A stretch of DNA of 32,394 nt, filler included, from an uncultured virus (IMG/VR IMGVR_UViG_3300016486_001479) (3 parts of one record of this genome joined end to end with filler, not necessarily neighbours in it); one strand, 5' to 3'. Shown: positions 9,599 to 19,789, counted from the whole stretch's first letter. Notes: generated by a model not told the origin, from the letters alone. Numbers and translations are program-made.

Positions 9599-10561
9599 CC
9601 AACTGATTGCTCGATGCTCAACGTGATGGCTGGGCGTTCGTACACATCCACAATTGATGTACTAGGAAATGCTCAAATATTTCCGATGCAATTTTTCTTT
9701 CTAAGAAATCTCCCAATGTTTGACGGACTGTATCAGATATTAAGTGTGAAGCACTCAATCACTCCGAACAATTTTGAGACGACTATGGAGGGAATGCGAA
9801 TGCGGTTTTATTCAGAGAACGACTACGGAGGAATATTTCCTATCACCATAGAGACCTTAGCTAAAACAGCAGAAGACAGAGGAGTTGAGTTAGAATATTT
9901 GAAGCCAGAAGGCGATAATTTAACAGCACCACAAAGCGAATATACAGGTGACGCAGACATCATTCCTATATCAGAATTACCTGGTAATAAAATCAAGTAT
10001 TTTCCTGTGTACACAAATAAATCTCGTTTTTGGACAGCTATCACTCCTGAAGAATTAGCGAATAAAATTAAGTCAAGTGTTACCGCTAATCTTGATATAA
10101 AAACAGCCATATTATTTACTGCCCTTAAGGAACAATACAATGGCGAAGTTATTGGTGGGTTTAACTATAACCATTTTGGCATTATGGCAGACATTGGTCG
10201 ATGGGGTAATAGTGAATTAATTAATGGAAGCATTTTATCAAGTGAAGGGAAAGGAGGGCAAGGTGTAAGAACAACTAAATATCGCGCTTTTGCTTCTTTC
10301 GAGAGCGATGAGAAAGGGTTGTTGTTTATGGCAAAAACTATAACTAGTAAAACGAAAAAACCTAGAACTGCACAACTTGAAAATGGAAAATCAGTCAGTT
10401 TCAAAGGCCCTATTACTAGAGATAATATAATGGATTATTATATTCTTAAATGGCTATCACCTGCTTTAACGAGTGTTGAACAGATTTTAGTTACAGATAG
10501 GGCTACGAATATACTTCGTTATCAGAAGTTGTGGGATAAAGCTCAAGGTTTATTGAACTAA
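9599..10561 (+). CDS. C-terminal part of a baseplate hub-like protein with a putative glucosaminidase/lysozyme-like domain
   Basis: IDVLGNAQIFPMQFFFLRNLPMFDGLYQILSVKHSITPNNFETTMEG resembles the gp27/VgrG-type terminal barrel; then KEQ..FNYNHFGIMA..YRAFASFESDEKG resembles GH73-like motifs; 5' end lies in the gap. Confidence 0.6.
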   Translation, partial: PTDCSMLNVMAGRSYTSTIDVLGNAQIFPMQFFFLRNLPMFDGLYQILSVKHSITPNNFETTMEGMRMRFYSENDYGGIFPITIETLAKTAEDRGVELEYLKPEGDNLTAPQSEYTGDADIIPISELPGNKIKYFPVYTNKSRFWTAITPEELANKIKSSVTANLDIKTAILFTALKEQYNGEVIGGFNYNHFGIMADIGRWGNSELINGSILSSEGKGGQGVRTTKYRAFASFESDEKGLLFMAKTITSKTKKPRTAQLENGKSVSFKGPITRDNIMDYYILKWLSPALTSVEQILVTDRATNILRYQKLWDKAQGLLN

Positions 10562-10621
10562 TTTTTTATTAGGCAAGCATGTGTTTGCGTTAAACGTATT
10601 TTTTTTAAACGCTACAGCACA

Positions 10622-10713
10622 CAGACAGTAGGATTAAAATGGGGCGTAACTGGGAAAACCTTACAGATAAGCCACGTTTTCAATTAAGAAAGGTACCACA
10701 TCAGAATTGCTAG
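10622..10713 (+). pseudogene. Relic of an M15-family peptidase (endolysin-type) C-terminus
   Basis: Reads VGLKWG then, after a 1-nt frame change, NWENLTDKPRFQL, matching the GLxWGGxW...DxPHF[EQ]L signature with His changed to Arg; no start or upstream domain. Confidence 0.5.
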
Positions 10714-10851
10714 ATAAATTTAATCGTAGCGAAACAGATTTACCTTATAAAAAGCTTCCCTTGAACATTTTTTCCTTATAAAACAACTTGATTTTACAAG
10801 AGTTTGGGTTCACTTTTAATAAACATTTTATAATATTTAAAACCAAACGTC

Positions 10852-11057
10852 ATGGCCAAATATGGGCGAATAATTAAGAAAAAAATAGGAAGAGAAATGC
10901 ATGCTTTCATAGTTAATGGAGACACTATGTTCGAAATTGTCGAGGGAGCTAAAATGTTCTCATTTCCTGACGTGTATAAATGTGGAAATTGTGGGGGAGA
11001 CCACCTTGCGCTTAGTTCTCATATCACTAAAGAGGATGAATTGCAGTACACACACAT
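10852..11057 (+). CDS. Hypothetical protein with CxxC zinc-ribbon start (3' truncated)
   Basis: ATG in AT-rich context; KCGNCGG; runs into the linker. Confidence 0.7.
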
Positions 11058-11157
11058 NNNNNNNNNNNNNNNNNNNNNNNNNNNNNNNNNNNNNNNNNNN
11101 NTTAATTAATTAANNNNNNNNNNNNNNNNNNNNNNNNNNNNNNNNNNNNNNNNNNNN
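11058..11157. other. Artificial contig linker (44 N + TTAATTAATTAA + 44 N)
   Basis: Same 100-bp structure as 7520-7619. Confidence 0.97.
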
Positions 11158-11158
11158 G

Positions 11159-11923
11159 GTCGAATTGGGCACGTTTGCTCAAAAACAAGGAATATTCCCT
11201 GTGTTGATTATCACCGAGAACAAGTTCTCCATAGAGAGAGCTGAGATTATGGGGCTAATCACCGACAAGAACTATTGTCACATCCATAATGATGTAGATA
11301 CTATTGAGGAAGGTTGTGACATTGTTGATAGGTATATCAAAATGCAAGAGAATGGAGAATTCCCAATGGACATCGTGTTTATCTGGGATTCTATCGGCCA
11401 AGCACAGTCTAACGCTGAGCGTGAGGCTGTTGACGCAGGAAAAGGTAGTGGTGGAATGATGTCTACAGCAAGAGTAATTCACCAGAGAATAAAACGACAC
11501 ATCTGCAAAAAGATAAACAGTTCAAGAAGAGATGATTATCCTTACACAAACTCTATCTTCTTTGTAAATCACGCTTACACTAAGCCACCAACACCACCAG
11601 CAACGATGTCATCTTTGGCACCATACGGAGGAGAAGGTATTTGGTTAGCATCAACATTTGTTATACAAATGGGTGGAGTTCAATCAAGGTCATCTAAAGT
11701 AGAAGCTACAAAAGATGGAATAAAAGTATCCTTTGCAATTCGAAGCGCCATTCGACTCGTTAAAAATCACGTAAATAACGTATCTGCTAGGGGAAAAATT
11801 CTCTGCACAGACCACGGCTTCATTATGGACGAAAAGAAAGCAATTGACGATTACAAAGCGTCGACAAAAGACGGGTGGAGTCTTGAATATGATAACGATT
11901 GGGACCATGTTAGCTTGGACTAG
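11159..11923 (+). CDS. recA: RecA/UvsX-like recombinase (5' truncated)
   Basis: IITENKF, Walker B IVFIWDSIG, FFVNH, PYGGEGIWLAS and VKNHV; Walker A lost in the gap. Confidence 0.8.
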   Translation, partial: VELGTFAQKQGIFPVLIITENKFSIERAEIMGLITDKNYCHIHNDVDTIEEGCDIVDRYIKMQENGEFPMDIVFIWDSIGQAQSNAEREAVDAGKGSGGMMSTARVIHQRIKRHICKKINSSRRDDYPYTNSIFFVNHAYTKPPTPPATMSSLAPYGGEGIWLASTFVIQMGGVQSRSSKVEATKDGIKVSFAIRSAIRLVKNHVNNVSARGKILCTDHGFIMDEKKAIDDYKASTKDGWSLEYDNDWDHVSLD

Positions 11924-11967
11924 AACTCTTTGCTAATACCTCTGAAAACATAAGTTCTTAGAATAGC

Positions 11968-12012
11968 GAAAACGCCTAAACTCATGAGTTGACATGAGTT
12001 TCAGGCGTTTTC
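11968..12012 (+). terminator. Long hairpin after recA, probable terminator
   Basis: GAAAACGCCT-AAACTCATG / CATGAGTTT-C-AGGCGTTTTC with a 6-nt loop. Confidence 0.65.
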
Positions 12013-12015
12013 TGC

Positions 12016-12045
12016 TTTGATGGTAACAGATATTTTTTATATTTG
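12016..12045 (+). promoter_or_regulatory. Bacteroidota-type housekeeping promoter
   Basis: TTTG-N18-TATATTTG matches the -33/-7 TTTG/TAnnTTTG consensus, 22 nt upstream of ATG 12068. Confidence 0.6.
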
Positions 12046-12067
12046 TAGAATAAATTATAATTTCAGC

Positions 12068-13093
12068 ATGCAGACTTTAATCTTGTACGGAGACTGGTTG
12101 GTTAAGCGCCAACATTTTAAGCGTTTGAAGTATGAGAACAAAGAGCAGAGGTTAAAGTGTGGAGGAATTGTTGGGTTCTTCGAGGCACTCAATTACCTTC
12201 TTCACCACGTTCGACCGTCAAGGGTTGTGGTGGCATGGGATGGTATGGAGGCTGGGGATACAAAGTACAAAAACTACCCTCCCTATCATCTTGAAAAGCA
12301 AAAAGAATGGGAAAAGAGAAAGCGACTCTATATTGAAACGGATTTTGGTGTGGAAACTGAACGTGAAGAACATGACTTGGCAATATTGAGACAAATAAAC
12401 AAATGTCAGAGACTTTTAGATAATTGCTCTGTTCGTCAGTTGATTTCAAAAAAAACCGAAGGCACAGATATGCTAGCTGGATATGTTAACCAATCAACAA
12501 AAGAAGGTGAGCGAATTATAATATTCTCTAGGGAGCACGAATTCTATCAATTGATAGATGATAACGTTTCTGTAATGACTCCAAAAATGAATTTGATAAC
12601 CAAGGCAAATTTTCAGAAGAAGCTTGGTTACAATATTGAAAATGAACTAATGCTTAATTGCTTCGTGGGAAACAGTTTTGTAGATGGAGTAGACAGGTTA
12701 AGTAGAGATAAAATCATTAAATTCTTCCCAATTATTAAAGATGAGAAATATACATACCAACAGATGTGTGAGGAAGCTGAAATCCTCCAGGAAGAAAAAA
12801 GCTTAATTGTTTATCGGCAAATCTTAGAGTCAAGAGACCTGTTGATTAGAAACGCAAGTATGCTTAATTTAGAAAACCCTTCTTTACAACTAGAAGACTA
12901 CGAGCAAATTAGTGAAACTATTTATTTGCCACTAAGCGAGGATAGAGACATACAAACAACAATCAGTTATTTCCGTTCAGACGGGTACGAAGATTACATT
13001 AGTGGAACTATAGAAGACTTTTTTTCAGTGTTTTATTCCTTAATGGTGAACGAGAGAGAGTACGGAAGAAACTACAACAATATACAACTATGA
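12068..13093 (+). CDS. 5'-3' exonuclease/FEN (T4 RNase H-like) fold protein with degenerate active site
   Basis: GGIVGFFEAL..RPSRVVVAWDG, EGTDMLAGYV and IFSREHEFYQLIDDNVSV align to PolI-N/FEN motifs; start placed at ATG 12068. Confidence 0.8.
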   Translation: MQTLILYGDWLVKRQHFKRLKYENKEQRLKCGGIVGFFEALNYLLHHVRPSRVVVAWDGMEAGDTKYKNYPPYHLEKQKEWEKRKRLYIETDFGVETEREEHDLAILRQINKCQRLLDNCSVRQLISKKTEGTDMLAGYVNQSTKEGERIIIFSREHEFYQLIDDNVSVMTPKMNLITKANFQKKLGYNIENELMLNCFVGNSFVDGVDRLSRDKIIKFFPIIKDEKYTYQQMCEEAEILQEEKSLIVYRQILESRDLLIRNASMLNLENPSLQLEDYEQISETIYLPLSEDRDIQTTISYFRSDGYEDYISGTIEDFFSVFYSLMVNEREYGRNYNNIQL

Positions 13094-13791
13094 TAGACAG
13101 ACAAGGATTTACATTTTACCCAGAAGACTGGTTGGATGATGCTAAGTTAAAGCATTGCTCTTTAACGGCGAAAGGGATGTGGATTGACCTTCTATGTCAT
13201 ATGCATAGAGGAGACCCATATGGTTACATGGTTTTTCGAAACAAAGTGATGTCAAGGTTTGATATACAGAAAATGTTGAGGGTAACAAATGAAAACGTAT
13301 TCAACAACGCATTTGGAGAGCTCTTTGACAAAGGCGTATTGCTTCAAGATTCATCAACAGGAGCCTACTTCAGCAAGCGCATGCTCCAAGAGCACAAGAA
13401 TAGCAAAATAAAGTCTGCAGACTTTCTTAAATCACCAACTTATCCAGTGGTGAAAGAAATTGTAGAGCACTTAAATTTGTTTGCAAAAAGAAGCTTCCCC
13501 ACAGACAGTTTGGAGACATTTGAGTTTGTAGAGAGATGGCTGAAAGACGGGAAAACAGTAAAAGACTTTAAAATAGTAAACGAAATAAAGACGCTAGAGT
13601 GGCAAGACAACGATAAGATGACAAACTTCATTCGACCGCGCACACTTTACGGTGATAAGTTTATAGAGTATCTAAATCAGAACCCAAATCACAGGCTTCA
13701 AAATGGGCACAGTTCTCGAAAATGGACAATCGGGAACTATTATGGAACAGCAACGCAACGAAAAGATACAGATGGACAAGAAGAATCATGA
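13090..13791 (+). CDS. Phage replication initiator-like protein
   Basis: N-terminal FYPEDWLDD..CSLTAKGMWIDLLCHMH (DUF1376-like); C-terminal DFKIV..KTLEWQDNDKMTNFIRPRTLYGDKFIEYLNQ (conserved phage C-terminal domain). Confidence 0.75.
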   Translation: MIDRQGFTFYPEDWLDDAKLKHCSLTAKGMWIDLLCHMHRGDPYGYMVFRNKVMSRFDIQKMLRVTNENVFNNAFGELFDKGVLLQDSSTGAYFSKRMLQEHKNSKIKSADFLKSPTYPVVKEIVEHLNLFAKRSFPTDSLETFEFVERWLKDGKTVKDFKIVNEIKTLEWQDNDKMTNFIRPRTLYGDKFIEYLNQNPNHRLQNGHSSRKWTIGNYYGTATQRKDTDGQEES

Positions 13792-15907
13792 AGTAGGGAC
13801 AAGAACTATAACAATTTACAAAAACACTTTCGACTCGAAAAACCCACATCACATTGATGTAACGAAAGCATTGGAGAGAATAAAGTCTGGTCATTCAAAA
13901 GAGTGGATTGAAGGTCTAAGAGCGCTTCCAATCACTGAGGAATTTAAAGAGCAGCGAAGCACTCTTAAAAAGAATCTGCCAGCGTACTCTTTTTCGGGAA
14001 AGTTTAAATGGAGAGCGAACGATGCAATCCAGGAATCTGCAGGATTAATTTGCCTTGATTTTGACCACATAGAACACTACGAGAAGTGGACAGGGGCATT
14101 AGAGAAGGATTCGTATACATACGCCTATTTCCGCTCTCCAAGTGGAGATGGTATCAAAGTGCTGATAAAAATCCCAGCAGTAATAAGCGACTATAGTAAG
14201 TATTTCGAAGCACTTCGAATGTACTTTAAGATGGACGACTTTGAAGGTTGGGATGATTTGAAAGATATTTCGAGGTTATGCTATGAGAGCTATGACCCAA
14301 ATCTATTTGTGAATCCAGATAGTAAGGTGTTTGATATCATGATTAAAGAGAAACCAGTGGTCACTGAGTTCTCTAAAGACGGAACAAAACTTTCAGACCG
14401 ACGTGAAGTTTATCGTCGAGTAAAAGCGTGGGCAGACAGGACAAATGATTATGGAGACGGAAACAAGCATAAATTTTTAGTTTACATAGCTTCAGCCTGT
14501 AATAGATTTGGGTTAAAGATGGATTTTGTCATCGAAAACCTAATCGAGGATTACCAACCCAGGGCATCTTCTGTTGACTCAAGAGACTTTAGAGAGATTG
14601 TAAAGAGGGTTTATATTACGTATGCTAATCAGCACGAAAACTCTTTTTTCACCCAAGAAGGTGAGATGAGCGACTTTGACCCAGAATCGCCAGCGCGTGA
14701 CGTAATATACTTGAAAGATATCAGGGAGGCGATGGTTCAGTCCTACATCAAAGGAGATGCGAAAGGAGAGACCACTTACTTTAATTCTATTGACCCACAC
14801 TGGAGGTGGAAGCTAGGAGAGGTGAACATTATGCACGGAATACCTAATCACGGTAAAACCACACTAATGCTCCAACTAATGCTTATTAAAAGCTTTAAAG
14901 AAGGAACAAAATGGGGCATTTTCTCACCAGAGCAAAACCCTCCTATTGACTTCTATAAAGACTTAATACATATGTATGTAGGGCAGTCCACAGAGCATTA
15001 TCACCCTAATCAAATGACACTTGCGGAGTACAACCGTGGAATTGATTTTATGATGGAGCACTTTTACTTTGTGTACCCAAAGGACGACACTCCGACTCCA
15101 CGATACATTAATGACAGGTTTGAAGAACTAATTATCAAGCATGACATCAAGGGGTGCATGACTGACCCATTTAACCAGTTGGATAATGACTGGGCATCAG
15201 CAGGAGGTAGAGACGACCAATATATCGGAGTGTACCTGAGCAAGGAAAAAAGATTCGCTCTGGACCACAACATATACAAAATTATCGTTTGTCACCCTAA
15301 AGGAAACATTGAGAAAGTTACTGACCGCAATCAGACCGACGATTTGATGAACGCAGGAAACCATCAGCTTCCTGACCAGTACAACTTGGCTGGTGGAGCA
15401 ATGTGGAGCAATAAAGTAGATAACTTGCTTGCAACGTATCAGCCATATTACCTCTCAAGACTGAGAGCTAGACGCACCCAAGGAAATGAAGCACACTTCG
15501 ACACGTTCCGACATCCTGGGCTTGTACAGTTTGTGTCTCAAAAAATTAAGAAGCAGAAACTCATTGGTCGCCCAGGTACGGCAAATTTGATTTACAATAT
15601 TGAAACAGCTAGGTATCATGAAGAAAAGCTAGACCACAGTTATGAGGACTCAAGTGTTGATGCAAAGGAAATTTACACTCCGTTCGATAAAGAGTATGTT
15701 CACCACGAGTCTATGTCAAACCCTGAGACGAAAGTTTCTGAGAATGATTGGTCAGCTTTTCAACAGCAAGAAGAAGAGAGAAGTGACTCAGAATCGACCG
15801 CGAGAAACGAAAAAGAAAGTCAACAACTAGAAGGCGAGCTCGGTTTGGACACGAACGACTGGGACCCAGAAGATTTTGAAGACTATGATTCCTTTGGTGA
15901 GGAATAA
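13742..15907 (+). CDS. Primase-helicase: BT4734/VirE-N-like prim-pol, PriCT-like helix bundle and SF4 (Twinkle/T7 gp4-like) helicase
   Basis: LKKNLPAYSFSGKF..GLICLDFDH..FRSPSGDGIKVLI..KDISRLCYESYDP; Walker A GIPNHGKTT, FSPEQ, TDPFNQL and IVCHP; start uncertain (13703/13742/13772). Confidence 0.85.
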   Translation: MEQQRNEKIQMDKKNHEVGTRTITIYKNTFDSKNPHHIDVTKALERIKSGHSKEWIEGLRALPITEEFKEQRSTLKKNLPAYSFSGKFKWRANDAIQESAGLICLDFDHIEHYEKWTGALEKDSYTYAYFRSPSGDGIKVLIKIPAVISDYSKYFEALRMYFKMDDFEGWDDLKDISRLCYESYDPNLFVNPDSKVFDIMIKEKPVVTEFSKDGTKLSDRREVYRRVKAWADRTNDYGDGNKHKFLVYIASACNRFGLKMDFVIENLIEDYQPRASSVDSRDFREIVKRVYITYANQHENSFFTQEGEMSDFDPESPARDVIYLKDIREAMVQSYIKGDAKGETTYFNSIDPHWRWKLGEVNIMHGIPNHGKTTLMLQLMLIKSFKEGTKWGIFSPEQNPPIDFYKDLIHMYVGQSTEHYHPNQMTLAEYNRGIDFMMEHFYFVYPKDDTPTPRYINDRFEELIIKHDIKGCMTDPFNQLDNDWASAGGRDDQYIGVYLSKEKRFALDHNIYKIIVCHPKGNIEKVTDRNQTDDLMNAGNHQLPDQYNLAGGAMWSNKVDNLLATYQPYYLSRLRARRTQGNEAHFDTFRHPGLVQFVSQKIKKQKLIGRPGTANLIYNIETARYHEEKLDHSYEDSSVDAKEIYTPFDKEYVHHESMSNPETKVSENDWSAFQQQEEERSDSESTARNEKESQQLEGELGLDTNDWDPEDFEDYDSFGEE

Positions 15908-16075
15908 AAAAACTTATTTAGCTGCTTTTATTGTCGTTTATAAGGGCTAAATGACGATGTGAAAAAACTAAGCCCGACTTAGTAAAAAGAAGCCATATTT
16001 AGAAAGGCCCCCCAAAAACTCAACTGGTTTTCGGATTGAGTATTAATAATTCTTAAAGACTAAAATTTAATTACT

Positions 16076-17065
16076 ATGAGTGAAAAGACGCTTGATAGGA
16101 TAGAGCCTATTTTACAAGAAAATCCAAACCGCTTTGTGATTTTTCCGATTCAACACAATGATATTTGGCAACACTATAAACAACAACAGGCGTGTATATG
16201 GACGGCTGAAGAAATTGATTTAGAGGCCGACCTTGTAGATTGGAATGATAAATTAAACGATAATGAGCGTCATTTCATTAAGCATGTTCTTGCTTTTTTT
16301 GCAGCTAGTGATGGAATTGTAAACGAGAATTTGGCAGAGAACTTCCTTTCAGAGGTTCAATATCCAGAGGCTAAGTTCTTCTACGGATTCCAAATAGCAA
16401 TGGAGAACGTACACTCGGAAACATATTCCCTATTAATCGATACCTACGTTAAAGACGGCAACGAGAAAGACAAGCTCTTTAGAGCGATAGAAACTCTTGA
16501 CTGTGTTCGCAAGAAAGCTGAATGGGCTTTAAAATGGATTGATGAAGGGACATTTGCTCAAAGATTAGTTGCGTTTGCAGCAGTCGAGGGCATTTTCTTT
16601 TCAGGAAGCTTTTGCTCTATTTTTTGGTTAAAAGACCGAGGATTAATGCCAGGGTTAGCTTTTTCAAACGAGCTAATTTCCAGAGATGAAGGATTGCACT
16701 GTGATTTTGCTGTACACATTTTCAACAAACACTTAGTGAACAAGATTTCTAAAGATGAAATCATTGAAATCATTAAAGATGCTGTCAATATAGAGAAAGA
16801 ATTCGTGACAGATGCATTACCAGTGAGTCTTTTAGGGATGAATGCTCTTCAGATGCAAAGTTATATTGAGTTTGTGGCAGACCGATTACTTGTCGAGTTC
16901 AACTGTCCAAAACAATATAATGCAATCAATCCGTTTGACTTCATGGAAAAGATTTCTGTGGACACAAAAACAAATTTCTTCGAAGGGCGAGTCGGTGAAT
17001 ACGCAAAGCCTGGAGTTGCCAGTGGGAAATCCTCCAGGACATTCAGCAAAGACGCAGATTTTTAA
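16076..17065 (+). CDS. nrdB: Ribonucleotide reductase class Ia beta subunit
   Basis: [48 protein letters not shown] and KTNFFE. Confidence 0.98.
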   Translation: MSEKTLDRIEPILQENPNRFVIFPIQHNDIWQHYKQQQACIWTAEEIDLEADLVDWNDKLNDNERHFIKHVLAFFAASDGIVNENLAENFLSEVQYPEAKFFYGFQIAMENVHSETYSLLIDTYVKDGNEKDKLFRAIETLDCVRKKAEWALKWIDEGTFAQRLVAFAAVEGIFFSGSFCSIFWLKDRGLMPGLAFSNELISRDEGLHCDFAVHIFNKHLVNKISKDEIIEIIKDAVNIEKEFVTDALPVSLLGMNALQMQSYIEFVADRLLVEFNCPKQYNAINPFDFMEKISVDTKTNFFEGRVGEYAKPGVASGKSSRTFSKDADF

Positions 17066-17071
17066 AGTAAA

Positions 17072-17130
17072 AGCCCCTATACTTAACCGATATGGGCAGT
17101 ATCGGATAGGGGCTCTTATTCTTTTTTTTT
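17072..17130 (+). promoter_or_regulatory. nrdB-nrdA intergenic bulged hairpin followed by a U-tract
   Basis: AGCCCCTAT/ATAGGGGCT outer stem and CCGATAT/GTATCGG inner stem, then CTTATTC and T9. Confidence 0.6.
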
Positions 17131-17149
17131 ACAACATAACAATCAAAAC

Positions 17150-19366
17150 ATGCAAGTTACTAAACGCAACGGCTCTAAGGAAGAAGTTAGGTTTGATAAG
17201 ATAGCTGCTAGAATTAAAAAGCAATGCTATGATTTATCGGAGGCAGTTAATTATTCAGAAGTAGCCCAAAAAGTTATTCAAGGAATATTCGACGGTGTAT
17301 CAACAACGCAATTAGATGAATTAGCAGCTCAGAAGGCAGCCGTTCTTGTTACAACACATCCAGATTACTCAAAGTTGGCAGCCAGAATAGCCATTACTTC
17401 ACTTCACAAGGAAACAAAGAAATTGTTTTCTCAGACAATAAAAGACCTCTACGAGTATGTCGACCCAATCACAAAAGCACCAGCACCGCTTATTAGCGAG
17501 GAAGCCTATGCGGTGGTGAAAAAAAACAGTGCAAGACTTAATGGGGCAATCATTCAAGACCGAGATTTTCAGCTTGACTATTTTGGATTCATGACAATGA
17601 AACGCTCGTATCTTCTTAAGACTCATGGAACACCAGCAGAAAGGCCTCAACATCTTTTTATGCGCGTTGCAGTAGGTATTCACATGGATGATATTGACAA
17701 AGCTATAGAGACTTATGATTTATTATCCATGAAGTATTTTACTCATGCAACACCTACATTGTTTAATGCAGGGACTCCAAAACCGCAAATGTCTTCCTGT
17801 TTCCTGTTAACGATGAAAGATGATTCTATTGATGGAATATATGACACTTTAAAGCAGTGTGCATTGATTTCACAATCAGCTGGAGGGATAGGGTTGAGCA
17901 TTCACAACATAAGAGCCAAAGGCTCTTATATTAAAGGAACCAACGGAACCTCTAATGGAATTGTTCCAATGCTTAGAAACTTTAACGACACAGCTCGTTA
18001 TGTTGACCAGGGTGGAGGAAAACGAAAAGGTTCTTTTGCAATCTACTTAGAGCCTTGGCATGCAGACATACGCGAGTTTCTTAATTTGAAAAAGAACACA
18101 GGAAAAGAAGAGATGCGTGCGAGAGATTTGTTTTACGCGATGTGGATTCCAGACTTGTTTATGAAACGAGTTGATGAAGGCGCAAGCTGGACTTTAATGG
18201 ACCCTAACGAGTGCCCTGGGCTTTCAGACTGCTATGGAGATGACTTTGAGAAGTTGTACACCAAATATGAGAGGCAAGGCAAAGGGCGTGAGACAATCCC
18301 TGCTCAAGACATTTGGTTCAAGATTCTTGAATCTCAAATTGAAACAGGAACTCCATACATGCTTTACAAGGATGCCGCTAACCATAAATCTAATCAAAAG
18401 CACTTGGGAACAATCAAGTCCTCTAATCTCTGTACAGAAATTATGGAGTACACTTCTCCAGATGAAGTAGCTGTTTGTAATCTTGCATCTATTGCGTTGC
18501 CAATGTATTTGAAGCAAACAAACACAGCTAAGACCCCAAGCAAGAAAGTGTACGAGTTTGATTTTGATAAGCTATATGAGGTTACAAAGGTGGTCACAAA
18601 AAACCTTAACAAGGTTATCGACCGAAATTTCTACCCAGTTGTGGAGGCTAAGAAATCAAACCTACGTCACAGACCAATTGGCATTGGTGTTCAAGGTTTA
18701 GCCGATGTGTTCGCTAAGATGCACGTGGCATTCGATTCGGAGGTAGCAAAGCAACTTAATAGGGAAATCTTCGAAATGATTTACTTCGCTTCTATGGAGG
18801 CCTCTATGGAGGAAGCTATGAAAGATGGAGCATATGAAACGTTCCCAGGCTCAGACCTAAGCAAAGGCATTTTCCAGTTTGATTACTGGGAAGAGTCTCA
18901 GCTCTCACCGAATCTAAATTTGGACTGGAATGGTCTAAAGGACAAAGTGAAAGAGTTTGGAGCTAGAAACTCTCTGCTGTTGGCTCCAATGCCTACAGCA
19001 AGTTGTCAAGTAATTGACACTGAGTTCTTTAGCCAAGGAAAAGTGAATAATTTCAAATCTATTTTAGAACAAAGTGGAATTGATTGGAAAACTATTGAGT
19101 CGGTTGATGCTCCACATTGGATTACTCTTAAAGAGTCAGTTATTGTTGACACGATGAATGGAGAGGTTGAAACTGATAAGATGTACTACAATGGGCATAA
19201 GCAGGTCTACCATATAGAAATGGAAGATGGGTCTACAATGGAGGCTACGGGAAATCATAGATTTCTTGTGAGTCGAACTACAGGAGATGAGTGGGTTTAT
19301 GTAAATGAGTTAAAAGAAGACGATGATATTCTAACTATTAAATGTGAAGAACTAATTGAAAACTAA
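17150..19366 (+). CDS. nrdA: Ribonucleotide reductase alpha, N-terminal part (618 aa) fused to split intein N-fragment (120 aa)
   Basis: ATP cone [21 protein letters not shown] and VCNLAS; NrdA similarity stops at LLAPMPTAS, followed by CQVIDTEF (block A) and ATGNHRFL (block B). Confidence 0.95.
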   Translation: MQVTKRNGSKEEVRFDKIAARIKKQCYDLSEAVNYSEVAQKVIQGIFDGVSTTQLDELAAQKAAVLVTTHPDYSKLAARIAITSLHKETKKLFSQTIKDLYEYVDPITKAPAPLISEEAYAVVKKNSARLNGAIIQDRDFQLDYFGFMTMKRSYLLKTHGTPAERPQHLFMRVAVGIHMDDIDKAIETYDLLSMKYFTHATPTLFNAGTPKPQMSSCFLLTMKDDSIDGIYDTLKQCALISQSAGGIGLSIHNIRAKGSYIKGTNGTSNGIVPMLRNFNDTARYVDQGGGKRKGSFAIYLEPWHADIREFLNLKKNTGKEEMRARDLFYAMWIPDLFMKRVDEGASWTLMDPNECPGLSDCYGDDFEKLYTKYERQGKGRETIPAQDIWFKILESQIETGTPYMLYKDAANHKSNQKHLGTIKSSNLCTEIMEYTSPDEVAVCNLASIALPMYLKQTNTAKTPSKKVYEFDFDKLYEVTKVVTKNLNKVIDRNFYPVVEAKKSNLRHRPIGIGVQGLADVFAKMHVAFDSEVAKQLNREIFEMIYFASMEASMEEAMKDGAYETFPGSDLSKGIFQFDYWEESQLSPNLNLDWNGLKDKVKEFGARNSLLLAPMPTASCQVIDTEFFSQGKVNNFKSILEQSGIDWKTIESVDAPHWITLKESVIVDTMNGEVETDKMYYNGHKQVYHIEMEDGSTMEATGNHRFLVSRTTGDEWVYVNELKEDDDILTIKCEELIEN
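19004..19363 (+). mobile_element. Split intein N-fragment
   Basis: Starts with Cys immediately after PTAS; TxNH block [14 protein letters not shown] end typical of N-inteins; acidic tail, then stop. Confidence 0.9.
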
Positions 19367-19392
19367 GTTGCGCCTGGCATGACAGCCTAAAG

Positions 19393-19424
19393 TTCTGTGC
19401 TATTTATTAATAAATAGCACAGAA
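19393..19424. promoter_or_regulatory. Perfect 32-bp palindrome containing the late-promoter motif and covering the endonuclease start region
   Basis: TTCTGTGCTATTTATTAATAAATAGCACAGAA is its own reverse complement; its last base is the A of ATG 19424. Confidence 0.85.
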
Positions 19425-19789
19425 TGGATAGGTTTAAAATTAATAATACAGAGATAAGAACTTTAAAGGGGGTATCTGATTTTTTCAGAAGAAACTCAAA
19501 CATTGAAATGGACAAATTAATATTTGACAACATCAAGGCAGGGTATGCATTAATTAAAATGCATGAGTCCTTAGATGTGAGTCACTTTATTTCTGCTTTT
19601 GAAGTAATTCAAAGCAAAGAAATGCCTGGCCATAAAGTAAGGGATAACATAAAAGAGTTGTCTGAGAGTTTTGATGGAGAAAGGTTTAAAAAATATGTAA
19701 AGTATAGATTAACCAATAAGACAGATTCTAACTCAGATAAGTTTTACCATTTAAAATGGGGTTTAGAGCTAGGTAATATTAAAAAGAAA
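19424..19789 (+). pseudogene. 5' part of a free-standing homing endonuclease, interrupted at about 19790
   Basis: Ends in KFYHLKWGLELG, the same repeat type as FIERHGEKKG/YIQQHGEDKG of the 3' part; same reading frame as the 20612 ORF; ORF runs on into the insert to a stop at 19894. Confidence 0.65.

Noticed and set aside
15988..16003. Possible NrdR box upstream of nrdB
   Set aside because: Poor palindrome with no tandem partner; better explained as a TATTTA motif or chance
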